Shown piece after piece: positions 54,786 through 64,000 of a stretch of 64,000 bases of DNA; the stretch's first letter is position 1, and the number at the start of each line of letters is the position of its first letter. The position numbers and the translations under genes are program-made. Origin of the DNA: Dehalococcoidia bacterium (GTDB taxonomy: Bacteria; Chloroflexota; Dehalococcoidia; UBA2979); NCBI GenBank assembly GCA_965219085.1, contig OZ244720.1, forward strand, positions 896,001 through 960,000. Reading direction: 5' to 3'. The notes beneath the pieces are model-generated. The model had not been told where the DNA came from. It did no database searches and saw nothing but the letters and a program-made list of their open reading frames with translations.

Positions 54786-55610
54786 CTATGAGACCTCGAT
54801 CGCCAGGCGGCGGTGGTCGCTGGGGCCCCACTGCGCCGGCTCGTTGAGTGCACGCACGCTTACGGAATCGGCCAGCCCTCTGGAGGCGAAGACAAAGTCG
54901 AGCTGGCGGGTTGCGGCAGCGGGCGTCTTCTGTTGGGCCGAGTAGTAGGTGGGGACGTTCGTGCTTCCACGGGGAAGCTCATCGGGCCATGGGTCCGCCT
55001 GCCGTCCTTGAGAGTGCTGCGGGCCGACGAAAGGCAGCCCCAGCGCCTCCATCCTGTCGAACACGGTCCCGTAACGCGCGGCCCAGTATTCGCTTCCGTG
55101 CTCACCGTGGCCGTGGAGGATATTGAGGTCCCCGGCAGCCAGGATGCGGTGACCATGCTGGCACCCGATGAATGCGGACAGGTCGGAGACGACACGGTGG
55201 GCCGAGGCATCCGAGACAATCCAGCTGCTGCCCGTGGATGCGTGGGGCCTCGCCCAGAGCGAGTACATGGAGACCACGACGAACGGCTCGACATCGGGCG
55301 GCGTCACGACTGCGGCGGTCAGTGAGCCCGGTCGACTGACGGCGAACTCCCGCGAATGTGCATCCTCGAGCGACTTCGCCTCGATCCACTCCACGCTGAC
55401 GCGATCCGAGAGCCTGGCGATTGCCGTCCGCCATGGCCGTTGGCCATCCGCCCCGGCGGTACGCCAGGGAGCGGGATCCACTTCGATGCTCCCTGCAATG
55501 TCCAGAGGTGGCGCGCTCGCCTCCTGCAACAGTGCGATGTCCGCGTCCATGCCGTTCAGGATGCGCCAAGGCTCAATCGAGCCGGCGATGTTCCAGGAGA
55601 CTATGTTCAC
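54786..55610 (-). CDS. Endonuclease/exonuclease/phosphatase family protein
   Basis: SWNI, LLQEA, AGDLN, QLDFVF, SDH. Confidence 0.85.
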   Translation of the reverse strand: MNIVSWNIAGSIEPWRILNGMDADIALLQEASAPPLDIAGSIEVDPAPWRTAGADGQRPWRTAIARLSDRVSVEWIEAKSLEDAHSREFAVSRPGSLTAAVVTPPDVEPFVVVSMYSLWARPHASTGSSWIVSDASAHRVVSDLSAFIGCQHGHRILAAGDLNILHGHGEHGSEYWAARYGTVFDRMEALGLPFVGPQHSQGRQADPWPDELPRGSTNVPTYYSAQQKTPAAATRQLDFVFASRGLADSVSVRALNEPAQWGPSDHRRLAIEVS

Positions 55611-55758
55611 GGACAGTGGACAGCCCACCCCTCCAGCCTGGTGCTGTGGACTCCCTTTTTATGTCCCGCCCAGCCCGGACCAGCCTCACGCAGCCAGTAT
55701 GCACCGCGGGCGCCCTGCCCAGGCGCCCGCGGTGGTTCTTGCCGGCGTTGGCGAGCTA

Positions 55759-58700
55759 CTACTCCGTGGCGAGCACCCGGTATAGCGAGGTCAGGCGGCG
55801 CGGGAGGGACTCGATGTCCGAGACCACCTCGTAGCCGATGTCGTCGCACATGTCCTTCAGGTAGTCGTGCCCCTCCTTGTCGACCGTGATCAGGAAGGGC
55901 GTCACGCCGATCTGCTTGGCCTCGACGAGCGCCTGGTGCGTGTCGTGCACCGCGTACTCCTTCTCCGTGCGGTCGCGCCCGTACCCGTGGTCCTGCGGGC
56001 GGCCGTCGGAGACGAGGATCAGCAGCTTTATCTTCGCGTCGTACGCGTCCAGCTTCGCCACCGTGTGGCGGATCGCCGGGCCCATGCGCGTCGATCGGAT
56101 CGGCGTGATCTTGTCGATGCGCCGACGCGTGCGGTCGCCGAACATCTCGTTGAGGTCCTTGATCACGTGGAACTCGACGTTGTCGCGGCCGTAGCCGGAG
56201 AAGCCGTAGATGCCGTACGTGTCGCCGATCGCCTCGAGCGCCTCGACGATCAGCACCAGCGACTCCTTCTCGAGGTCGATGATGCGCTTCGGCGGTGCGG
56301 CCGTGAACCGCGCGCGGCGCTGCGTCAGCCACTGGAAGTACTTGCGCGGGTCGTCGTCGAAGTCGTCGTCGGACGGTTGGTAGTTCGACTGCGTCTTCTC
56401 GATCTCCTCGTCGGTCGACGCCGACATGTCGAGGAGGAAGGCGACGGCCACGTCGCGCTCCACCTTGTTGCGCCTCCAGTAGACACGGCCAAGCGGGCCG
56501 ACGCCGGCGCGCTTGTCGATGATGAACTCGATGGCCTGGTCGAGGTCGACGTCCTCGCCGTCCTCGAGGCGCTTGATCCGGCGGAAGTGCTCCGGGCGCA
56601 GCAGCTCGAACTGGCGGCGGGTCTCGGTGACGAGCCCGTGGTGCGTCTTGAGCGTCTCCTCGTAGTAGTCGAGCTCGCCCTCCTCGGAGGGGCGCTCGCC
56701 GACACGGCACCAGCGCGGGCGGTAGTCGCCGGCGCGGAAGTCCCACTCGTCGTAGTACGTCCAGTTGACCTCGATCGGCAGTTCCGAAGAGCCCGATCCG
56801 CTCGACGAGTCGCCGGCGTCCGCGTCGTCGGGGGTCTGGCCGGGCGGGCCCTGTTTGGCGTCCAGCCCCTCGCGCTCGAGGTTGGTGAGGAACATGCCCA
56901 TCGAGGACGCGATGTCGCCCTCGGCGATGTCGGAGATGACGATCTCGACGGACTTCTCGAGCAGCGCTTCGAGTTGCTCCTGGGTGAGCTGGCCGCCCAT
57001 GGGCTCCTCGCCCTCGGACTGCTGCTTGAGCTTCATCATCAGCTGGACGATCTCGGGCTTGAAGTCGCCGCGAAACTCCGGCTGCTCGGGGGCCGAGAAG
57101 TCGGCCTCCTCGCCGGACGGCATCTCCGGGCCGTCGGCGCCGCCGGCCTCGGCGGTGAACTGGAGCATGTCCTCGTCGATCTCGTCCCAGTCGATCTCGG
57201 CGTAGGCGCCGGCGATGTTGGGGATGCTCTCGACGATCGTGTAGATCGTCGCGGCCACCTCGGCCGAGTCCTGCACGTCCGCACCGCGCTCATCGACGAT
57301 CTTGAGCTCGTCGATGCCGCGCGCCATCAGCGGCATGAGGTCGCGCGGCCAGCGCATGGTCTGCGGCTGCTTCAGCGAGGCGCGCAGCAGGTTCTCGAGG
57401 TACGCCTCGCGCAGCGCCATGCGCGAGATGTTGGTGCGGTTCGCCGCCTCGTGCGCCTGGAGGGCGCGCAGTGGCGGCCGGATCCCCCCGTACTCGCGGG
57501 TGATGTGCGCGTCGACGCGCGCGTCCTCGACGATCGTGAACAGGCCGGAGATGAGCTCGCGGTCCTCAAACAGGTCGAAGTAGCGCTCCATCGGCGTCGT
57601 GACGGCAACGGCCTCGTGGCCGTTGCTGGACAGCTTCGTCTCCTCACGCTCGATGAGCGTCGGGGCGGTGTGCGCGCCCACCGCCTCGAAATCGAACAGG
57701 AACGACCCGAACTCCATGCGCCCGCTCTGGTGCGTGGCGTAGACCTTGTAGCTCAGGAAGTTCTGGCGCTGCTCGTTGAAGGTGCTGACGTACGGCGGGA
57801 GGTAGATCGCCGAGCCCTCGGTCGTCGCGACGGTCTCCTGCACCCACCCGATCCCCGCGTCGACGAGGTCCTCGGTGGAGCGGATCGCGATCTGCTCGCC
57901 GGTGAGCGCCTTCGCGTAGAGGCGCAGGGTGTTGCTGACGTTGCGCAGCTCGATGCGGGCGGAGAGCGTCTCCAGCATCTCCTCGGCGCGCTGCGACTCG
58001 AGGCGGAAGTAGGCTTCCGCGCCCTCGACGTTGCCCTGCTCGAACAGCAGCTCCCAGCCGCCCTGCAGCCAGCGCTCCAGCTGGTCCGCGGTCAGGCGCG
58101 TCAGCACCGTCGGCGAGGAGCGCAGGAACGCCATCGCCGCCGCCGGGCTGCCGGCCGCGAGCCGGCGGGCGAGGTCGATCAGCGTCTCGTGGTACGTCGG
58201 CTCGACCGACGCGAGTGATTCGGCGGCCTCGATGAACAACGGGTAGCCCTGCCGCCCCACCTTCTCGGTGACCTCCGCGGCAAGCTGCAGGAACGCGGCG
58301 CGCTCGTCGCGGTCGATGTTGGCGATCAGCGCCGGGCCGCGCTCGAAGTAGAGGCGCGTGTCGGCCCAAGAGGCCTGCGCGACCGCCGCGGCGAACTCCA
58401 GGAACGGCCGCCGGTCCGGCGGCGCGAGGTCCCCGAACAGCTCGCCGGAGCGCTCGAGGCAGCTCGCGGCCAGCTGGTAGGAGCGGTCCGAGAGCCGGTC
58501 GACGACGTCGATCAGGTCGCTGACGGCATCGAGCGGAAGCGCGTGCAGCAGCTGCGGGCTCTGCTCGAAGAAGGATGCGGCGAGGGCGACGGACTTCCAG
58601 TTGCCGTGCGCCAGGCGCTTGCCGAGCGCGGCCCACGGGCGGACCTGCTCTCCGGGGCGGCCGATCCACTCGCCCATGATGCCGAGGTCGCTGGTGTCGG

Positions 58701-59049
58701 CGCCCTGTAGCGGCTGGAGCACCTCCGGCGTCGCGCGCACGAAGGCGGCAGCGATCATCGACGAGCTTTCGGCGAGGTCGAGCGCGACCGCCTGCCAGTC
58801 CAGCAGTTCCTCGAACGAGAACGCTGGGAAGAGCCGTGGCGAGACCCGGAAGTACTCGCCCGCGGCCTCCCATGAGCGCAGCGAGTGGCGCGCAAGCGCC
58901 ACGCCCGCGGCGGCCCAGCGGTCCAGGTCTTCCTCGCTCAGCCGTCGCTCCAGGGAGCGGGCTCCCCCGGCGAGGTCGTCGGGGAGCGAGGGTCCGAACC
59001 CTCGCAGTTCGTCCGCGTAACGGATCATGACATCGTCGGCTGTGCTCAT
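55759..59049 (-). CDS. Large NorD/CbbO-like VWA-domain protein with a long helical N-terminal region
   Basis: YDEWDF, LLDMSAS MIDAS, TRMGPAIRH, SDGRPQD. Confidence 0.88.
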   Translation of the reverse strand: MSTADDVMIRYADELRGFGPSLPDDLAGGARSLERRLSEEDLDRWAAAGVALARHSLRSWEAAGEYFRVSPRLFPAFSFEELLDWQAVALDLAESSSMIAAAFVRATPEVLQPLQGADTSDLGIMGEWIGRPGEQVRPWAALGKRLAHGNWKSVALAASFFEQSPQLLHALPLDAVSDLIDVVDRLSDRSYQLAASCLERSGELFGDLAPPDRRPFLEFAAAVAQASWADTRLYFERGPALIANIDRDERAAFLQLAAEVTEKVGRQGYPLFIEAAESLASVEPTYHETLIDLARRLAAGSPAAAMAFLRSSPTVLTRLTADQLERWLQGGWELLFEQGNVEGAEAYFRLESQRAEEMLETLSARIELRNVSNTLRLYAKALTGEQIAIRSTEDLVDAGIGWVQETVATTEGSAIYLPPYVSTFNEQRQNFLSYKVYATHQSGRMEFGSFLFDFEAVGAHTAPTLIEREETKLSSNGHEAVAVTTPMERYFDLFEDRELISGLFTIVEDARVDAHITREYGGIRPPLRALQAHEAANRTNISRMALREAYLENLLRASLKQPQTMRWPRDLMPLMARGIDELKIVDERGADVQDSAEVAATIYTIVESIPNIAGAYAEIDWDEIDEDMLQFTAEAGGADGPEMPSGEEADFSAPEQPEFRGDFKPEIVQLMMKLKQQSEGEEPMGGQLTQEQLEALLEKSVEIVISDIAEGDIASSMGMFLTNLEREGLDAKQGPPGQTPDDADAGDSSSGSGSSELPIEVNWTYYDEWDFRAGDYRPRWCRVGERPSEEGELDYYEETLKTHHGLVTETRRQFELLRPEHFRRIKRLEDGEDVDLDQAIEFIIDKRAGVGPLGRVYWRRNKVERDVAVAFLLDMSASTDEEIEKTQSNYQPSDDDFDDDPRKYFQWLTQRRARFTAAPPKRIIDLEKESLVLIVEALEAIGDTYGIYGFSGYGRDNVEFHVIKDLNEMFGDRTRRRIDKITPIRSTRMGPAIRHTVAKLDAYDAKIKLLILVSDGRPQDHGYGRDRTEKEYAVHDTHQALVEAKQIGVTPFLITVDKEGHDYLKDMCDDIGYEVVSDIESLPRRLTSLYRVLATE

Positions 59050-59059
59050 CTGAGTGTTC

Positions 59060-59713
59060 CTACTGGTGGCGGCCCAGGGGGTCGCCTCGCTGTGTGTTGC
59101 CCGCCTGGGCGGGCTGGGGGGCCACAGGCCGCGAGGGGTCGTCGAACAACTCCATCGTGACCTCGCCGCTCTGGGTGTCGAGTATGGCGTACGAGACGCG
59201 GAACCCGTTGCGCGGGTTGCGGGGCTCCCCGGTCGAGCCTGGGTTGATCACCAGCGTGCTGTTCACGCGGTGCACCAGCTCGTAGTGCGTGTGGCCGTAG
59301 ACCACGTAGTCCGCGCCGAGTTCGCCGAACTCCCGCATGCGCGGGCTGGTGTCGTAGATGTAGTCGTACGGCCCCTCGTTCGGCGTGGCGTGGAACATCG
59401 TGAGCTTCTTCCCGCCCAGCTCCGTGTCGATGCGCCGCGGCTGCTGGCCGAGCCAGCGCAGCAGCTCCGGATCCGTATCGCGGTGCGAGCGCACGCGCTC
59501 GCCCTGCGGGCCCAGCACCACCTCGTCGTGGTTGCCGAGCACGACGCGGGCCCCGATGTCCCGCAGCGTGCGGATCACCGCGTTCGAGAAGCGGAACTGG
59601 AAGATCGCGTCGCCCGCGCACAGCACCTCGTCGACCTGGCTGCCCATGCGCTCCAGCGCGATGTCGAGGGCGGCCGCATTGCAGTGAATGTCCGAAATCA
59701 GACCGAGGCGCAA
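59060..59713 (-). CDS. Metallophosphoesterase family protein
   Basis: SDIHCN, CAGD, GNHD, GHTH, NPGS. Confidence 0.88.
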   Translation of the reverse strand: MRLGLISDIHCNAAALDIALERMGSQVDEVLCAGDAIFQFRFSNAVIRTLRDIGARVVLGNHDEVVLGPQGERVRSHRDTDPELLRWLGQQPRRIDTELGGKKLTMFHATPNEGPYDYIYDTSPRMREFGELGADYVVYGHTHYELVHRVNSTLVINPGSTGEPRNPRNGFRVSYAILDTQSGEVTMELFDDPSRPVAPQPAQAGNTQRGDPLGRHQ

Positions 59714-59725
59714 CGCACGCGCTGC

Positions 59726-60607
59726 CTATTCCGGGAAGATCGAGGTCACGACCTCCTCGATCGAGCGCTGCACTTCGGTGTCGTCCGTCAGGCCCCACAC
59801 GACGGCCGTCTGGCAGGCCCGCAGTGGCTGGATGCCGCGCGCGATCAGCTGCCCGGCGTAGACCAGGAGGCGCGTCGAGACGCCCTCGCCCAGGCCGTGC
59901 TCCTTGAGGTTGCGGACCTTCTCGCCCAGCTTCGCCAGTTCCAGCGCATCCTCGGGAGTGCAGCCGGACTCGTTGCGGATGATCTCCGCCTCCTTGTCGC
60001 GCGGCGGGTAGTCGAACTCGATGGCGATGAAGCGCTGGCGCGTCGAGTGCTTGAGGTCCTTGAGCGCGGACTGGTAGCCCGGGTTGTAGGACAGCACCAG
60101 CAGGAAGCCCTCGGCCGCCTCCAGCAGCTCGCCGCGCTTGTCTATGGGCAGCAGGCGCCGGTAGTCGGTGAGGGGGTGGATCAGGACGGTCGTGTCCTTG
60201 CGCGCCTCGACGATCTCGTCGAGGTAGCAGATCGCCCCGTACTTCACGGCGCGGGTGATCGGTCCGTCGATCCAGACCGTGTCGTCACCTTCGAGGAGGT
60301 AGCGGCCGACGAGGTCGGATGCGCTCAGGTCCTCGTGGCAGGCGACGGTGATGAGGGGGACGCCCTGCGTCTCATCGCCCAGGTGCTGGTGGAGCCGCCA
60401 CGACATGTACTCGACGAAGCGCGTCTTGCCGCAGCCCGTCGGGCCCTTGAGCAGGACCGGAATCTGCTCCTCGTAGGCGGTCTCGAAGAGCTTCACCTCG
60501 TCCTCAATGGCAAGGTAGAACGGCTCCTCGGTGAGCCGGAACTCCTGGACATCGATCGCCCTGTATTCGGAGCGGCTGTCGCTCTCCGCAGTTCTGGTAG
60601 TCACCAT
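59726..60607 (-). CDS. CbbQ/NirQ/NorQ-family AAA+ ATPase
   Basis: [50 protein letters not shown]. Confidence 0.93.
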   Translation of the reverse strand: MVTTRTAESDSRSEYRAIDVQEFRLTEEPFYLAIEDEVKLFETAYEEQIPVLLKGPTGCGKTRFVEYMSWRLHQHLGDETQGVPLITVACHEDLSASDLVGRYLLEGDDTVWIDGPITRAVKYGAICYLDEIVEARKDTTVLIHPLTDYRRLLPIDKRGELLEAAEGFLLVLSYNPGYQSALKDLKHSTRQRFIAIEFDYPPRDKEAEIIRNESGCTPEDALELAKLGEKVRNLKEHGLGEGVSTRLLVYAGQLIARGIQPLRACQTAVVWGLTDDTEVQRSIEEVVTSIFPE

Positions 60608-61227
60608 TAGCTTCCGCTTTCGCTGCTGATGCGATCCTGGAGGTTCTGCCACTCACCGTCGATGCCGGCGAGGAACTGATCGAGCGTACCGCCGTTCGCG
60701 ATGTCGACGTCGGCGTGGCCCAGGCGTTCCTCGTTGGTGATCTGTGAGTCGATGCGCGCCTGTGCCGCGTCGGCGTCCAGGTTGTTGCGGTCCATGAGGC
60801 GCTTCTTCGCGACATCGGGATCCACGTGCACAACCCACACCTCGTCGGCGAGGTCCTGCCACTCAGCCTCGATCAGCACCGCGGCCTCGAGCACGATCAC
60901 CGTCTGGGGTTCGCCCTCGCGCAACTCGCTGATCTCGGCCGTTGCGAACTGGCGGATGACCGGCCAGACGATGTCGGTGAGGCGCTTCAGCTGGTCGGGA
61001 GCGCCGAAGACCTTGCCGCCGAGGATCCGGCGGTCGATCTCACCGTCCTCGCCGACAATGTCGTGTCCGAACTCGTTGACGACGGCGTGGAAGCCCTCGG
61101 AGTCCTTGTCGTAGGCGCGGTGGCCGTAGCGGTCGGCGTCGAGCACGATGGCGCCCAACTCCTTGAGCCGTTCGGCAGCAGTGGACTTGCCGGAGGCGAT
61201 CCCTCCAGTCAGACCGAGGACTCTCAT
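60607..61227 (-). CDS. coaE: Dephospho-CoA kinase
   Basis: [31 protein letters not shown]. Confidence 0.93.
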   Translation of the reverse strand: MRVLGLTGGIASGKSTAAERLKELGAIVLDADRYGHRAYDKDSEGFHAVVNEFGHDIVGEDGEIDRRILGGKVFGAPDQLKRLTDIVWPVIRQFATAEISELREGEPQTVIVLEAAVLIEAEWQDLADEVWVVHVDPDVAKKRLMDRNNLDADAAQARIDSQITNEERLGHADVDIANGGTLDQFLAGIDGEWQNLQDRISSESGS

Positions 61228-61371
61228 GATGACTCCTGCGAGGTGGCCGGCGCGCCGCGTTCCCCTGCACGCATTGGACGCCGAAAGCCAATGTTAGGTT
61301 CGCCCCGAGGGGCACGCAAGATGGCTCCGTGCGGGGCACGGCGCCGTCTTGCGCAGATGGGGCCGCCAGGC

Positions 61372-62346
61372 CTAGTCGAGGGCGTTGACGGCCTCGATCA
61401 GTGCGGGCACCACTTCCTTGTAGTCGCCCACGATGCCGTAGCGGGCGGCCTTGAAGATGTTCGCCTCCCGGTCGCGGTTGATGGCGACGATCGTCTTCGA
61501 ACCGCTGCAGCCGGCCATGTGCTGGCTGGCGCCGGAGATCGCGATCGCCACGTACAGGTCCGGCGTCACGACCTTGCCGGTCAGACCAACCTGCTGCGAC
61601 GGCGGGTACCAACCGAGGTCCACCGCGGCGCGCGAGGAGCCGACGGCGGCCTTGTCGGTGCCGATCGCCGCGGCCAGTTCCTCGACGACCTCGAAGCCCT
61701 CGGGAGCGCCGAGCCCACGGCCGCCCGACACGACGATCGGGGCGTCCTGGATCTGCAGGCCCGAGGCGACCGCGGCCTCGCGGCCGACGATGGCGCTGCG
61801 GCTGTCGCTCGCACCGGACAGCTCGACGGTCGCGCCACCGCCGTCGTGCGGCGTCGCGAGCGGGTCCTGCGACTTCGCGCGGACGGTCGCGACCGCGGGC
61901 GAGGTAGCGAAGCTGTAGGTGGCCTGCGCGCTGCCGCCGTAGCAGGAGCGCGTGGCCTTCAGCTCACCGCCGTCGTCGACCACGGACACGCAGTCCATGG
62001 CCACCGCGGTGTCGTTGCGGAACGCGAGCCGCGGACCGAGGTCGCGGCCGGCCATCGACTGGGCGATGAAGACCGCGTCCGGCGGGGCCTGGCCCATGGC
62101 TTCCTCGATCGCCGCGACCCACTGGTCGGAGCGGAAGTCGTCGTAATCGGCGTCGGAGCTCACGTACGCGCTGTCGGCGCCGGCCGCGTGGGCCGCACCG
62201 GCGGCGTCGCCCGCGCCGCTGCCGAGCAGCGTCACGCTGACCTGCCCGCCGTCGACGAGCCTCGTGCCCAGCGCAAGCAGTTCGCCGGTGGTGCTGGAGA
62301 GTTTGCCGCCCTCCAGCTCGCCGACTACCAGAATGTTGCGTGCCAT
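61372..62346 (-). CDS. etfA: Electron transfer flavoprotein alpha subunit
   Basis: VSGGRG, SRAAVD, QVGLTGK, ISGASQH. Confidence 0.95.
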   Translation of the reverse strand: MARNILVVGELEGGKLSSTTGELLALGTRLVDGGQVSVTLLGSGAGDAAGAAHAAGADSAYVSSDADYDDFRSDQWVAAIEEAMGQAPPDAVFIAQSMAGRDLGPRLAFRNDTAVAMDCVSVVDDGGELKATRSCYGGSAQATYSFATSPAVATVRAKSQDPLATPHDGGGATVELSGASDSRSAIVGREAAVASGLQIQDAPIVVSGGRGLGAPEGFEVVEELAAAIGTDKAAVGSSRAAVDLGWYPPSQQVGLTGKVVTPDLYVAIAISGASQHMAGCSGSKTIVAINRDREANIFKAARYGIVGDYKEVVPALIEAVNALD

Positions 62347-62366
62347 GTTCGGTCGTTCTCCCTCGC

Positions 62367-63170
62367 CTACAGGATCTTGGCGTCGCGCAGGGCGGCGGCC
62401 AGCGCCTGCGCCTGCTCCTGGGCGGTCTCGCCCTCCATGATTTCGACTTCACCCTCGACGACCGGGATGAACAGCCGCTCGAGCTTCAGGCGCGCGCCGG
62501 CGTCACCGACGGTGGACGGGTCGAGCCCGAGCTCATCGGCGCTGAGGCGCGTCACGGTCTTGCGTGCTGCCTGCATGATCTGCTGCAGCTTCGGGTAGCG
62601 CGGGTCGCCGATCTCGTTGGAGATGGTGACCACGGCCGGCAGCGGCATCGAGACGGTCTCGAACCCGTCGGCGACGACGCGCTCGACGACGATGCTGCCG
62701 TCGTCGACCTTCACGTCCTTGCCGATGATGGCCGAGGGCCAGCCCAGCAGCTCGGCGATGCCGAGGCCGACCTGCCCCATGTCCCAGTCGGCGGCCTGGC
62801 GGCCGCAGAACACTGCGTCCACGTCGCCGAGGTGCTCAATGGCCGCGACGAGCGTGCGCGCCGTGGTGTAGGAGTCGCCGCCCTGCAGGACCTCGTCCTC
62901 CAGCAGGATGCCCTCGTCGGCGCCCATGGCGAGCACCTGCTTGATGGCGGCCTGGGCGCTCTCCTGGCCGAGCGAGATCACGGTGATCTTGCCGTCGCCG
63001 GCAGCCTCGACGATGCGCAGCGCCGCCTCGGCGGCCATGCCGTCGAACTGGCTCAGCACCGGCGGGATGCCCTGCGCCGGGATCACCTCGTTGTTGGCTT
63101 CATCGACGCGGAACGCCGCGGGCGGCGTCTCCGGGTCCGGGATCTGCTTCGCGCAGACGACGAGATGCAT
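62367..63170 (-). CDS. etfB: Electron transfer flavoprotein beta subunit
   Basis: VCAKQIPD, AMGAD, GRQAAD, PRYP. Confidence 0.95.
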   Translation of the reverse strand: MHLVVCAKQIPDPETPPAAFRVDEANNEVIPAQGIPPVLSQFDGMAAEAALRIVEAAGDGKITVISLGQESAQAAIKQVLAMGADEGILLEDEVLQGGDSYTTARTLVAAIEHLGDVDAVFCGRQAADWDMGQVGLGIAELLGWPSAIIGKDVKVDDGSIVVERVVADGFETVSMPLPAVVTISNEIGDPRYPKLQQIMQAARKTVTRLSADELGLDPSTVGDAGARLKLERLFIPVVEGEVEIMEGETAQEQAQALAAALRDAKIL

Positions 63171-63343
63171 ATCTGCTCCCCCCACCCTCGGCCCTGCCGG
63201 GCCGATCCTGATTTCACTCCGTGGCCCTGACGGGCCGCCTACTGATGCACGATGCCGGTGCGGGCCTCGCGGGTCATGTCCGCTCGCCCGCCCGCTACGT
63301 TCCCTCCCTGGTTGCCTCCTCCGTCCGGGCCCGGACTGCCTGC

Positions 63344-64000
63344 CTAGCCGCCGTTCGGTGTGCCGAGGACGGAGCGTTCCAGCAGCTCTGCCACGTCGAA
63401 GGGGCGGATCCGCCCCTCTTCCTCGGGCTGGATGGCCGGCGCCCCGTCTTCGAACATCTGGATGCAGAACGGGCAGTTCGAGATCACCTCGTCCGCGCCC
63501 GTGCCGACGGCCTCCTCGGTGCGCACGTGGTTGACCCGGCGCTCACCGATCTCTTCTTGCCACATGTTGCCGCCGCCGGCGCCGCAGCACAGGCCGCGGC
63601 TGCGGCTGCGCTTCATTTCCGTCAGGTCGACGCCCGGCAGCACCTCGATGATCTGGCGCGGCGCATCATACACGCCGTTCATGCGCCCGAGGTAGCACGA
63701 GTCGTGGTACGTCACGCTCGTGCCCACGCTGTGGCGCGGTGTCAGGTCGCCGTCTTCGAGCGCCTGCTGCAGGAACTCGGTGTGGTGCAGCACCTCGAAG
63801 TTACCGTCGAACTGCGGGTACTCGTTGCGGAACGTGTTGAAGCAGTGCGGGCAGTTGGTGATCACCTTCTGCACGTTCTTCGCCTTGAACGTGTCAACCA
63901 GCTGCGTCGCGAGGATCTGGTACAGGTACTCGTTGCCGAGGCGCCGCGCCGGGTCACCGTTGCACGTCTCCTCCTGCCCCAGCACCCCGAAGCTCGCGCC
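63344..64000 (-). CDS. CCG-domain Fe-S oxidoreductase (FadF/HdrD-like), 5' part outside the window
   Basis: CPHC, YHDSCYLGR, CCGAGGG, CPFC. Confidence 0.9.
   Translation of the reverse strand, partial: GASFGVLGQEETCNGDPARRLGNEYLYQILATQLVDTFKAKNVQKVITNCPHCFNTFRNEYPQFDGNFEVLHHTEFLQQALEDGDLTPRHSVGTSVTYHDSCYLGRMNGVYDAPRQIIEVLPGVDLTEMKRSRSRGLCCGAGGGNMWQEEIGERRVNHVRTEEAVGTGADEVISNCPFCIQMFEDGAPAIQPEEEGRIRPFDVAELLERSVLGTPNGG

Noticed and set aside
63238-63286. 12-codon mini-ORF between the Fe-S gene and etfB
   Set aside because: No leader-peptide signature or attenuator structure that I can support

Overview
High-GC bacterial chromosomal window. Gene content and style suggest Chloroflexota/Dehalococcoidia (SAR202- or Tepidiformales-like, possibly a sponge symbiont); this taxonomy is inference. 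The left end (1-4.8 kb) is a stack of IS remnants (IS481, ISNCY/IS1202-like, IS21, and a complete IS481-family element with an 8-bp TSD) abutting a broken NHL-repeat surface gene. A housekeeping block follows: SPFH, an IspH with an unusual triple-repeat N-terminus, lipB-lipA-aceE-aceF-lpdA, solA, rex, the full F1Fo atp operon followed by murA (Cys-to-Asp variant) and mreB-like, pyrF, murI, and a MoxR/DUF58/DUF4129 operon. Accessory islets include several orphan antitoxins and an ABC-ATPase + DUF4276/TOPRIM pair whose second gene is split by IS5. A family of modular surface proteins (42-55 kb) joins a conserved LuxR-HTH+TM head or a lipoprotein signal, via Pro/Thr stalks, to shared or swapped ectodomains. 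The right end holds a CCG Fe-S protein, etfBA, coaE and a CbbQ/NorQ + very large VWA pair with no visible client enzyme. No rRNA, tRNA, CRISPR array or reverse transcriptase was recognised. All family assignments are by motif recognition, not database search.
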